Assembly: GCA_041496385.1 (NCBI GenBank)
Contig: JBGQEL010000072.1
Location: forward strand, 1 to 21,226
Source of the DNA: Candidatus Methylomirabilia bacterium
GTDB taxonomy: Bacteria > Methylomirabilota > Methylomirabilia > Rokubacteriales > CSP1-6
Direction of reading: 5' to 3'
DNA: 21,226 nt
A model generated the notes under the pieces. It made no database searches. It had not been told where the DNA came from and was given only the letters and a program-made list of their open reading frames with translations. The position numbers were made by a program, and so were the translations under genes. Shown here one piece after another: positions 1 to 9,330 of this stretch (positions are counted from its first letter, which is position 1; each line of letters starts with the position of its first letter).

Positions 1-224
1 GGGAGCTGACCGAACTGCCGCTCGAGCGGGGAGGTCACCGAGGAGGCCATGACGTCGGGGCTGGCGCCCGGATAGAAGGTCAGGATCTGGATCGTCGGGT
101 AGTCCACCTGCGGCAGGGCGGAGATGGGGAGCTGCAGGTAGGCGACACTCCCGGCGAGGAGGACACCGGCTGTCAGCAGCGCGGTGGCGACCGGGCGCAG
201 GATGAAGAGCCGGGAGGGATTCAC
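1..224 (-). CDS. mdtB: RND multidrug efflux permease, MdtB/MuxB family (5' part only; runs off the left edge)
   Basis: Not in the ORF track. Manual translation from GTG at 224 gives [74 protein letters not shown], the typical MdtB N-terminus. AGGAGG RBS on the minus strand at about 230-235. Confidence 0.9.
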   Translation of the reverse strand, partial: MNPSRLFILRPVATALLTAGVLLAGSVAYLQLPISALPQVDYPTIQILTFYPGASPDVMASSVTSPLERQFGQL

Positions 225-317
225 CTGGACCTCCTGATCATAACTCTATATGACGCGGGTTCGCGCGGTCGGTTTACCTGATTTTGCCCCCTCTCCCGGG
301 GGTGATATGACTGAGAA
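225..317. promoter_or_regulatory. Divergent promoter region between mdtB and moxR
   Basis: Locally AT-richer 93-bp gap. Minus strand has TAGAGT/TATGAT -10-like hexamers ahead of AGGAGG. Plus strand has TGaTATGAC (303-311) 6 nt before the GTG at 318, with no obvious RBS. Confidence 0.5.
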
Positions 318-1255
318 GTGACCCCGCCGCTCGAGCTCATCCGGCGCCTCGAGGCGAACGTCGCGCGGGCGCTCGTCGGGAAGCCCGAGGTCGTGCGCCT
401 GGCCGTCGTCGGGCTGCTCGCGCGCGGCCACCTCCTCATCGAGGACGTGCCCGGCGTCGGCAAGACGACGCTCGCCGCGGCGCTCGCGCGCTCGATCGGC
501 GGGGGCTTCCAGCGCATCCAGTTCACCTCCGACATGCTGCCCTCCGACATCCTCGGCGTCTCCGTCTGGCAGGCCGAGCGGGGGGAGTTCGTCTTCAAGC
601 CGGGGCCGCTCTTCACGAACATCGTCCTCGCCGACGAGATCAATCGAACGACCCCGAAGACCCAGTCCAGCCTGCTCGAGGCCATGAACGAGGCGCAGGT
701 GTCGCTCGATCACTCCACGTATCCGCTGCCCCGACCGTTCATGGTCCTCGCCACGCAGAACCCGTTCGAGTACGAGGGCACGCACCCGCTACCGGAGTCG
801 CAGCTCGACCGGTTCCTCCTGCGGATCCGGATCGGGTACCCCGAGAGGGCCGACGAGAAGACGATCCTGCGCGGCGCGGGCGTGCCGTCGCCCGACGCGC
901 TCGCGCCCGTGGTCGGCGCGGATGAGGTGCTCGCGCTGCAGGAGGAGGCCGAGCGCGTGCGCGGCGAGGAGGCGCTCCTCGACTACGTCATGGCGCTCGT
1001 CGGGGCCACGCGCGCCTCGCCGCTCCTGGCGCTCGGCGTGAGCCCGCGCGGCGCGCTCGCGCTGCTGCGCGCCGCGCGCGCGGCGGCGCTCGTCGACGGC
1101 CGCGACTACCTCGTGCCCGACGACGTGAAGGCGCTCGCGGTGCCCGCGCTCGCCCATCGCGTCCTCCTGAAGGGTCGGGCGGGCGCGCCGGGCGAGCGGG
1201 GCGCGGACGCCGAGTCGGTCATCCGCGCGATCGTCCAGCAGGTGCCCGTCCCGCG

Positions 1256-1259
<4 letters not shown>
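318..1259 (+). CDS. moxR: MoxR-family AAA+ ATPase
   Basis: Walker A DVPGVGKT, RIQFTSDMLPSD, Walker B LADEINR, ATQNP, LPESQLDRF, GVSPRG and LAHR motifs; 313 aa. Confidence 0.95.
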
Positions 1260-2242
<983 letters not shown>

Positions 2243-2244
2243 GC

Positions 2245-4299
2245 GTGGCCGACGCGACCGCGCTCCGCCTCGCGACCTTCCTGCTGGCCCTCGACGGGCT
2301 CGCGGCGCTCCACCTGGCGGGCCTCGTCGGCACCGGGGGCGCGCTCGGCGTCGCGCTGATCGGCACGCTGGCCTGGCGCAACGAACCCCTGCGCGACCGC
2401 CTGGGCGCGGTGCCCGGGCTCGGCCGCGGCGTCGTGGTCCTCGCGGCCGCCGCCTCGGCGCTCGACCTCCTCTACGTCGCCGCCTCGGTGCTCGACGGCT
2501 TCGCCCGGCTCCTGGTCTTCCTCCTCCTCTACCGGCTCGTCATGCGACGCGTGCCGCGCGACCTGCGCGACGTGGCCTTTCTGGCCTTCTTCATGCTCGT
2601 CGCCGCCGCGCCGCTCACGTTCGGCGTCGGCTACCTCTTCGTCTTCCTGAGCTTCCTTGTCCTCGGGACCTGGATGCTGATGCTCTACCACGTCGCGACC
2701 GAGGCCGCGCGCACGAGCGGCGGGCTCGACGGCGCGCGCGCGGGGACGCTCGGGCGCGATCTCCTGGGGCTCTCGCTCGGCGCCTCGGCCGCCACCCTGG
2801 CGATCACGGCGGCGCTCTTCTTCGTCATCCCGCGCGTCGGCCAGGCCGCGCTCACGCTGCGCGGGAACGTCTCGCGGATGATCTCGGGCTTTTCCGACCG
2901 GGTGGAGCTCGGGTCCTTCGGCGAGATCGAGACCGACGCGACGGTCGTGATGCGCGTGCAGATCCCCGAGGAGAGCGCGACGGACCCCGAGCGGCTGCCG
3001 GGCCTCCGCTGGCGCGGGCTCGCGCTCGACCGCTACGACGGCCGCGCGTGGACCTCGAGTCGGCGCGAGCACGCGACGACGCGTCGGTCGTCCATCGGGC
3101 AGTTCGAGCTGGCGGCGTTCCGTGGCACGGGGCCCATCGTCGTCCAGGAGATCTACCTCGAGCCCTTCGGCGCCGACGCGATCTTCGCCGCGCCCCGGGT
3201 CCTGAGCCTGGGCCTGCGCGCCGCCTCGATCGTCGTGGACGACATGGACGGCGTGTCCGTGCCGGCCGCGGCCGCGCGTTTCCGCTACGTCGTGCACTCG
3301 GAGCTCGAGACCGGCGCCAGGGGCCGGCTCCGGCCGCTCGCCGACGAGGCGCGCGCGCGGTACCTTCAGCTCCCGCCGCTGCCGGCGCGGGTGGGGGATC
3401 TCGCGCGCGAGGTCGCCGCCGGAACGCGGGGGCCGGGCGAGGCGGCCCGCGCGCTGACGGCGCACCTGGCGGGCGGCTACCGCTACACTCGCGCGCTCCG
3501 GCGGACCACGGCGCTCGATCCCGTGGACGAGTTCCTCTTCGTCCAGCGGTCCGGCAACTGCGAGTACTTTGCCGCCGCGCTCGCGGTCATGCTGCGCTCG
3601 CTCGACGTTCCCGCGCGCGTGATCAACGGCTTCCAGCGCGGGGAGTGGAACCCGTACGGCCGCTACTTCATGGTGCGGCTGCTCGACGCGCACTCGTGGG
3701 TCGAGGCGTACGTGGATGGTGACTGGATCACGCTCGACCCGTCGCCGCGCGCCGGCACGGAGCCGGCGGGCGCGCCCGCCGAGGTGGCGCTCTACCTCGA
3801 CGCGCTTCGCGTCCGGTGGTACCGGTACGTGGTCAACTGGAGTCTTCAAGACCAGGTGCTGGCCGCGCTCAGGATCCGCGAGGCCACGCTGGCCTGGAAG
3901 CCGCGGATCCCGGCGCTCGCGGACTGGCAGGCGCTCCCGCGCGAGATCCATCTGCTGCTGCTTCTCGTCGCCCTCACCGCGGCGCTGCTCGTCTGGCGCC
4001 GCCGTCCGGGCGCCGCGGCGGGCGCCGCGGCGCCGCTGCCGCCGTTCTACGCGCGGGCGCTGCGCGTCCTGGCGCGCCGCGGTCTGGCGCCCGGCCCGGG
4101 GGAGACGGCGCGGGAGTTCGCCGCGCGCGTCCGGGCCGTGGCGCCGACCTGCGCCGAGCCGTTCGGGAATCTCACCGCCGCCTACGAGCGCCTCAGGTTC
4201 GGCGCCCGCCCTCCCGCGCCCCCTGAGCAGTCGACCCTTGATGAATCGGTCTTGAAGCTTCGCAGCCACATGGCTTCTCTCTCAGGCCACCTGCGATAG
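2245..4299 (+). CDS. Membrane-anchored transglutaminase-like protein (TgpA type: DUF3488 TM region, transglutaminase core, DUF4129-like tail)
   Basis: Multi-TM N-terminus; Cys-His-Asp triad motifs GNCEYFA, AHSWVE and LDPSP; C-terminal GETAREFA...YERLRFG. Standard third gene of MoxR-DUF58-TGase operons. Confidence 0.92.
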   Translation: MADATALRLATFLLALDGLAALHLAGLVGTGGALGVALIGTLAWRNEPLRDRLGAVPGLGRGVVVLAAAASALDLLYVAASVLDGFARLLVFLLLYRLVMRRVPRDLRDVAFLAFFMLVAAAPLTFGVGYLFVFLSFLVLGTWMLMLYHVATEAARTSGGLDGARAGTLGRDLLGLSLGASAATLAITAALFFVIPRVGQAALTLRGNVSRMISGFSDRVELGSFGEIETDATVVMRVQIPEESATDPERLPGLRWRGLALDRYDGRAWTSSRREHATTRRSSIGQFELAAFRGTGPIVVQEIYLEPFGADAIFAAPRVLSLGLRAASIVVDDMDGVSVPAAAARFRYVVHSELETGARGRLRPLADEARARYLQLPPLPARVGDLAREVAAGTRGPGEAARALTAHLAGGYRYTRALRRTTALDPVDEFLFVQRSGNCEYFAAALAVMLRSLDVPARVINGFQRGEWNPYGRYFMVRLLDAHSWVEAYVDGDWITLDPSPRAGTEPAGAPAEVALYLDALRVRWYRYVVNWSLQDQVLAALRIREATLAWKPRIPALADWQALPREIHLLLLLVALTAALLVWRRRPGAAAGAAAPLPPFYARALRVLARRGLAPGPGETAREFAARVRAVAPTCAEPFGNLTAAYERLRFGARPPAPPEQSTLDESVLKLRSHMASLSGHLR

Positions 4300-4302
4300 A
4301 AT
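4297..4302 (+). promoter_or_regulatory. Candidate -10 element (TAGAAT) for fhs, overlapping the upstream stop codon
   Basis: TAGAAT matches TANNNT and lies about 50 nt upstream of the fhs ATG. AGAAAGG RBS at 4342-4348. Confidence 0.45.
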
Positions 4303-4316
4303 CCGACCCCGCGGGC

Positions 4317-4344
4317 CCCGCTCCAACAGACCCGCTCCAATAGA
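4317..4344 (+). repeat. Tandem 14-bp direct repeat CCCGCTCCAAYAGA x2
   Basis: CCCGCTCCAACAGA (4317-4330) directly followed by CCCGCTCCAATAGA (4331-4344); 13/14 identical. Confidence 0.9.
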
Positions 4345-4353
4345 AAGGCCCGA

Positions 4354-6030
4354 ATGGGAAAGCAAGACCTCGAGATCGCGCGCGCGGTGAAGCTCCAGCC
4401 CATCCAGCAGATCGCCGAGCGGGCGGGGCTCGGCGACCAGGATCTCGAGCTGTACGGGAGCTACAAGGCCAAGATCCGCTGGGAGGCGGTCGCACGGCTC
4501 GCCGGACGGCCCGACGGCGCGCTCGTTCTGGTCACCGCCATGACCCCGACGCCCGCGGGCGAGGGCAAGTCCACGACGACCGTCGGTCTCGCCGACGGCC
4601 TGCGCCGGCTCGGCGCGCGCGCGATCGTCGCGCTCCGCGAGCCCTCGCTGGGGCCGGTCTTCGGCGTCAAGGGGGGCGCGACCGGCGGCGGCCACGCGCA
4701 GCTGGCGCCGATGGAGGACATCAACCTCCACTTCACCGGCGACATGCACGCGATCGGCACGGCGCACAACCTGCTCGCCGCGATGCTCGACAACCACCTG
4801 GCGCAGGGCAACACGCTCGGCCTCGACACGCGGCGCATCCTCTGGAAACGCGTCCTGGACATGAACGACCGCGCGCTCCGGAACCTCGTGCTCGGCCTCG
4901 GCGGCCTCGCCCACGGCGTGCCGCGCGAGGCGGGGTTCGAGATCACGGCCGCCTCCGAGGTGATGGCGATCCTCTGCCTCTCGGCGGATCTTCGCGACTT
5001 CAAGGCGCGCGTCGAGCGGATCGTCGTCGGGGAGCGCGCCGACGGGACGCTCGTCACCGCGCGCGAGCTCCGCGCGGCCGGCGCGATGGCGATCCTCATG
5101 AAGGATGCGATCAAGCCGAACCTCGTCCAGACGCTCGAGGGAACGCCCGCACTCGTGCACGGCGGGCCGTTCGGAAACATCGCCCACGGCTGCAACAGCC
5201 TCATCGCCACGCGGCTCGGTCTCAAGCTGGGCGAGGTGCTCGTGACCGAGACCGGGTTCGCGAGCGACCTCGGCATGGAGAAGTTCCTCGACATCAAGTG
5301 CCGGACGGGCGGTCTCGTCCCGGCGGTGGCGGTGGTCGTCGCGACCGTGCGCGCCCTCAAGATGCACGGTGGCGTCGAGCTGGCGGCCCTCGGCCGCGAG
5401 GACGTCGACGCCGTGCGGCGGGGCGGGGAGAACCTCGTCAAGCACCTCGAGAACGTGCGCCTCTTCGGCCTCACGCCCGTGGTGGCCCTGAACCATTTCG
5501 TGGGCGACACCGAGGCCGAGGTGGGCGCGGCGCTCGACCTCTGCCGCGTGGCCGGTGTGAGCGCCGAGGTCTCGCGCGGCTGGGCCCTGGGAGGCGCCGG
5601 CACGATGGAGCTGGGCCGCGCGGTGCTCGACGCGATCCAGCGCTCGGCGCGCGGGGCGTTCCACTATCTGTATCCCGACGAGATGCCGCTCGCGCTCAAG
5701 ATCGAGAAGATCGCGACCAGCGTGTACGGCGCCGACGGCGTGCACCTGGCGCCGGCCGCGCAGGCCAAGCTCGAGCGCTGGCAGGCCGCGGGCTACGGCG
5801 GACTTCCAGTCTGCATGGCCAAGACGCAGAACTCGCTCTCCGACGACCCGAAACGGCGCGGGCGCCCGCGCGGCTTCACCGTGACGGTGCGCGACGCCAA
5901 GCTCTCCGCCGGAGCCGGGTTCGTCGTCGCCTACGCGGGCGACGTCCTCACGATGCCCGGGTTGCCGACGGTGCCGGGCGCCGAGTCGATGGACATCGAC
6001 GCCGACGGCAACATCGTCGGGCTCTTCTGA
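4354..6030 (+). CDS. fhs: Formate--tetrahydrofolate ligase
   Basis: TPTPAGEGKSTTT, LREPSLGPVFGVKGGATGGG, INLHFTGD, HGGPFGNIAHGCNS, CMAKTQ and TMPGLP motifs; 558 aa; ends in GLF. Confidence 0.98.
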   Translation: MGKQDLEIARAVKLQPIQQIAERAGLGDQDLELYGSYKAKIRWEAVARLAGRPDGALVLVTAMTPTPAGEGKSTTTVGLADGLRRLGARAIVALREPSLGPVFGVKGGATGGGHAQLAPMEDINLHFTGDMHAIGTAHNLLAAMLDNHLAQGNTLGLDTRRILWKRVLDMNDRALRNLVLGLGGLAHGVPREAGFEITAASEVMAILCLSADLRDFKARVERIVVGERADGTLVTARELRAAGAMAILMKDAIKPNLVQTLEGTPALVHGGPFGNIAHGCNSLIATRLGLKLGEVLVTETGFASDLGMEKFLDIKCRTGGLVPAVAVVVATVRALKMHGGVELAALGREDVDAVRRGGENLVKHLENVRLFGLTPVVALNHFVGDTEAEVGAALDLCRVAGVSAEVSRGWALGGAGTMELGRAVLDAIQRSARGAFHYLYPDEMPLALKIEKIATSVYGADGVHLAPAAQAKLERWQAAGYGGLPVCMAKTQNSLSDDPKRRGRPRGFTVTVRDAKLSAGAGFVVAYAGDVLTMPGLPTVPGAESMDIDADGNIVGLF

Positions 6031-6038
6031 CGCCGTTC

Positions 6039-7649
6039 GTGTCGCGGACCGTCTTCGAGGCGTTCCTGGCGACCGCCGAGGCGGCACCGAGCCACGCGTT
6101 CCTCTGCGCGCCTCCCGCGCCCGGGCGCGCCTACCACCCGGACGGCGTCGAATTGACGTATGCGTCGACGCGCGCGCAGGTGCTGCGCCTCCAGGCGCTC
6201 TATCGCGCCGCGGGCTACGGCCACGGCCACCGCGTCGCGCTGCTCCTCGAGAACCGGCCCGAGTTCTTCTTCCACTACCTCGCCCTGAACGGCCTGGGCT
6301 GCGGCATCGTGCCGGTGAACCCCGACTACCGGCGCGACGAGATGCTCTACCAGATGGACCACTCGGAGGCGGATCTAGCGGTGTCCGTCGCGGGCCGCGT
6401 CACCGATCTCGAGACCGTCGCGCGCGAGCGGACGAAGGCCCTGCCCGTCGTGAATGCCGAGAACCTGCCCGCGGCGCTCCCGGAGCCAGGACCCGCGCTC
6501 CGCGCGGGCGCGCCCGGGCTCGACTCCGAGTGCGGCCTCCTCTACACCTCCGGCACGACGGGCCGGCCCAAGGGCTGCATCCTCACGAACTTCTACTATC
6601 TCAACGCCGGCGCCTGGTACCGGGATCTCGGAGGGCGCGTCGCCGTCGCGTGGGGCGCCGAGCGCATCCTGAACCCGCTGCCGCTCTTCCACATGAACTG
6701 CCAGGCGGTGACGGCGACCTGCGCGATCCTGACCGCGAACTGCCTGATCCTGCCCGAGCGCTTCAGCCCGACGCGCTGGTGGAAGGACGTGGTCGCGACG
6801 CGCGCGACGGTCATCCACTACCTCGGCGTCGTCCCGCCGCTCCTCCTGAATCAGCCGCCGACGCCCGAGGAGCGCGCGCACCGGGTGAAGTTCGGCATGG
6901 GCGCCGGCGTCGAGCCGGAGCTCCACGAGTCGTTCGAGCAGCGCTTCGGCTTTCCGCTGGTGGAGGTCTGGGGCATGACCGAGACCGGACGCATCTACGC
7001 CGACAGCGTCGAGCCGCGCCAGGTCCGGACGCGCGCGTTCGGCCGGCCGTTCGGGGGCTTCGAGGCCAAGGTGGCGGACGAGGCGGACCGTGAGGTCCCG
7101 GGCGGCACCGAGGGCGAGCTGCTCGTGCGCTTCGCGGGCCCCGACCCGCGTCGCGGATTCTTCTCCGGCTATCTCAAGAACGCGGAGGCCACGGAGGAGG
7201 CGTGGCGGGGCGGCTGGTTCCACACCGGCGACGTCGTCCGCCAGGCCGAGGACGGCATGCTCTACTTCGTGGACCGGAAGAAGAACATCATCCGGCGCTC
7301 GGGCGAGAACATCGCCGCCGCCGAGGTCGAGGCCTGTCTGCAGGCGCACGAGTCCGTCGCGCAGGTCGCGGTCCTCGCCGTGCCCGACGAGATCCGGGAG
7401 GAGGAGGTCATGGCCTGCGTCGTGCCGATGGCGGGCGTGGCCGCCGACGGGGCGCTCGCCGACCGGCTCTTCGACTGGTGCCGGGAGCGCCTGGCGTACT
7501 TCAAGGCGCCCGGCTGGATCCTCTTCATGCATGCGCTGCCGACGACGGGAACCCAGAAGGTCCAGAAGGCGCAGATCTTTCCGCGCGGCGAGGACCCGCG
7601 GCGGCGCCCCGGGGCGCTCGACCTGCGCGCGCGGAAGAAACGCCGCTGA
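6039..7649 (+). CDS. AMP-dependent acyl-CoA ligase (CaiC/crotonobetaine-carnitine-CoA ligase-like)
   Basis: YTSGTTGRPKG, PLPLFH, WGMTE, WFHTGD, DRKKNIIRRSGENI and terminal K (TQKVQK) adenylation motifs. The likely start is GTG 6039, 8 bp after the fhs stop; the track's 5298 start lies inside fhs. Confidence 0.88.
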   Translation: MSRTVFEAFLATAEAAPSHAFLCAPPAPGRAYHPDGVELTYASTRAQVLRLQALYRAAGYGHGHRVALLLENRPEFFFHYLALNGLGCGIVPVNPDYRRDEMLYQMDHSEADLAVSVAGRVTDLETVARERTKALPVVNAENLPAALPEPGPALRAGAPGLDSECGLLYTSGTTGRPKGCILTNFYYLNAGAWYRDLGGRVAVAWGAERILNPLPLFHMNCQAVTATCAILTANCLILPERFSPTRWWKDVVATRATVIHYLGVVPPLLLNQPPTPEERAHRVKFGMGAGVEPELHESFEQRFGFPLVEVWGMTETGRIYADSVEPRQVRTRAFGRPFGGFEAKVADEADREVPGGTEGELLVRFAGPDPRRGFFSGYLKNAEATEEAWRGGWFHTGDVVRQAEDGMLYFVDRKKNIIRRSGENIAAAEVEACLQAHESVAQVAVLAVPDEIREEEVMACVVPMAGVAADGALADRLFDWCRERLAYFKAPGWILFMHALPTTGTQKVQKAQIFPRGEDPRRRPGALDLRARKKRR

Positions 7650-7659
7650 GGTGCTGGGC

Positions 7660-8097
7660 CTACGCCGATTCGGTGGCGTCGCGCTTGCTGACGACGCCGT
7701 TGACCCTGAAGCGCCCGTCCTCGGGGACGAGCTCGTAGAGCGCCTCCACGCGGTTACCGTTGGCGCCGAGGATCCGGAGGCGCAGGAAGACGCTGCCGTT
7801 CGGCGTCGCGACCGATTCGATGACGACCGCGGAGAGCGAGTGCGCGATCTCCGGGTAGCCGTCGCGGACCATCCGCTCGAACGCCGGGCGATCGAAGAGC
7901 TGATGGATGAGCGCGGAGGCGAACGCGTAGGCCGCCTCGAAGTCGCCGCGGCGGAAGGCGTCGAGCTGGCGCAGGACGGTCTCCGTCGCCGCCGTGACGT
8001 CCGGATCGATCTGATCGGCCGCCGGCCCCACGGCCAGCGCGGCGGCCAGGACGAGGCCGGCGGGGAGCGCCCGGAACGCGCGCGCCGCGCGCATCAT
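7660..8097 (-). CDS. Exported DUF4864-family protein
   Basis: Signal-peptide-like N-terminus, then QLDAFRRGDFEAAYAFAS...FERMVRDGYP...ALYEL...FRVNGV, matching my recollection of DUF4864. Confidence 0.8.
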   Translation of the reverse strand: MMRAARAFRALPAGLVLAAALAVGPAADQIDPDVTAATETVLRQLDAFRRGDFEAAYAFASALIHQLFDRPAFERMVRDGYPEIAHSLSAVVIESVATPNGSVFLRLRILGANGNRVEALYELVPEDGRFRVNGVVSKRDATESA

Positions 8098-8110
8098 GTG
8101 CTAGAGTATG
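8098..8110. promoter_or_regulatory. Overlapping back-to-back -10 elements
   Basis: Plus strand TGcTAGAGT (8099-8107). Minus strand CATACT (8110-8105), 7 nt before ATG 8097. Confidence 0.5.
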
Positions 8111-8137
8111 CCTCGCCATTCGACCTTGGAGGCATTC

Positions 8138-8962
8138 ATGCTTCGCGCAGTCCTCCTCGGCACAGGGTCGCCTCCGCCCAACCCGAAGCGTCGCGGGCCG
8201 GCCACGTTGCTCGCGCTCGACGACGAGCGGTTCCTGGTCGACGCCGGCTCGGGCGTGGGAGCCCAGCTCGTGCAGGCTGGCGTGCGCCCGTACGACTGGC
8301 CTCGCGTCCTCATCACGCACCACCACTCGGACCACACGATCGACCTCGGACACCTGGTGATCACGCGCTGGATCGTCGGCCAGAACGCGCCCCTCGCCGT
8401 CTGGGGACCCGCCGGCACGCGACGCCAGGTCGAGAAGCTCCTCGACTACCTCCACTGGGACATCGAGGTGCGGCGCGCCCACATGACCGATCGTGAGCCG
8501 CCCCGCGTCGACGTGACGGAGATCGAGGAGGGCAAGCTCCTGGAGGCGGGCGGCGTCAGCGTGAGCGCGTTCCTCGTCGAGCACGACCCGGTGAAACCGG
8601 CCTACGGCTTCCACTTCGAGGGCGGCGGCCGTCGCGTCGTCGTCTCCGGCGACACGCGCCCGAGCGAGAACCTGATGCGCTGGAGCCACAACGCCGACCT
8701 CCTCGTCCACGAGTGCTGCGAGATGGCGAAGACCTCGTGGAATCCGGGATGCGGCTGGCCGACGATCGAGGAGAAGATCCGCGATCTCGCCTCGTACCAC
8801 ACCCAGCCCGACCAGGTCGGCCTCGTCGCGCGGGAGGCGCGCGCCAAGCGGCTGGTGCTGACGCACCTGATGCCCGGGTCCGACCCCGCGGAGCTCAAGG
8901 CGGCCGCCGAGAAGCACTACGGCGGGCCGGTCACGGTCGGCGAAGACCTCATGGAGGCGTGA
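8138..8962 (+). CDS. MBL-fold metallohydrolase, RNase Z / AtsA arylsulfatase-like
   Basis: LLGTGSP, LVDAG, THHHSDH, VEH, SGDT, VHE, YHT and LVLTH motifs. GGAGG at 8128-8132 favours ATG 8138 over 8108. Confidence 0.88.
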   Translation: MLRAVLLGTGSPPPNPKRRGPATLLALDDERFLVDAGSGVGAQLVQAGVRPYDWPRVLITHHHSDHTIDLGHLVITRWIVGQNAPLAVWGPAGTRRQVEKLLDYLHWDIEVRRAHMTDREPPRVDVTEIEEGKLLEAGGVSVSAFLVEHDPVKPAYGFHFEGGGRRVVVSGDTRPSENLMRWSHNADLLVHECCEMAKTSWNPGCGWPTIEEKIRDLASYHTQPDQVGLVAREARAKRLVLTHLMPGSDPAELKAAAEKHYGGPVTVGEDLMEA

Positions 8963-9330
8963 TGCCCGCCGAGCCGGTGGATCTCGTCGCCGCGCGGCGC
9001 TGGGTGGGCGGCGACCGCACGCTCCTGCTCGAGCTGGTCGGCATCTTCGTCACGGAAGCGGCGGCGCGGATCGACGATCTCCATGCCGCCGTGACGGCGC
9101 GCGACACGCGGGAGCTGGAGCGGCTCGCGCACAGCCTCAAGGGGTCGTCCGCGATCCTGGGCGCGCAGGCGCTGGAGGGCGTCTGCACGGCGCTCGAGGA
9201 CGCGGCGCGCGCGAAGCGGCTCGAGCCCGTGCCCGACCTCGTGGGACGGCTCGACCGCGAGCTCAACCGCGTGGTCACGTTCTTCCGCGACTCCGCCTGG
9301 CAGGAGCGTCTCGACGGGGCGTGGCGATGA
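8962..9330 (+). CDS. Stand-alone Hpt (histidine phosphotransfer) protein
   Basis: 122 aa; GGDRTLLLELVGIF and LAHSLKGSSAILGA Hpt signature. TGATG coupling with the upstream gene and GGAGG RBS at 8953-8957. Confidence 0.9.
   Translation: MPAEPVDLVAARRWVGGDRTLLLELVGIFVTEAAARIDDLHAAVTARDTRELERLAHSLKGSSAILGAQALEGVCTALEDAARAKRLEPVPDLVGRLDRELNRVVTFFRDSAWQERLDGAWR

Noticed and set aside
4317..4344. Mini-CRISPR interpretation of the repeat
   Set aside because: Only two adjacent 14-bp copies, no spacer and no cas genes.
4300..4353. ZTP (pfl) or THF riboswitch upstream of fhs
   Set aside because: The gap is only 54 bp and lacks the conserved ZTP elements as I recall them (GACTGGCG...GCCTGGG). Infernal would be definitive.
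5298..6038. 783-aa ORF suggesting a long N-terminal extension on the CoA ligase
   Set aside because: The extension is Arg/Gly-rich off-frame translation inside fhs. Ligase-like sequence begins at GTG 6039.
8713..8961. N-terminal extension of the Hpt ORF
   Set aside because: It overlaps the MBL hydrolase gene. The RBS and TGATG coupling point to ATG 8962.
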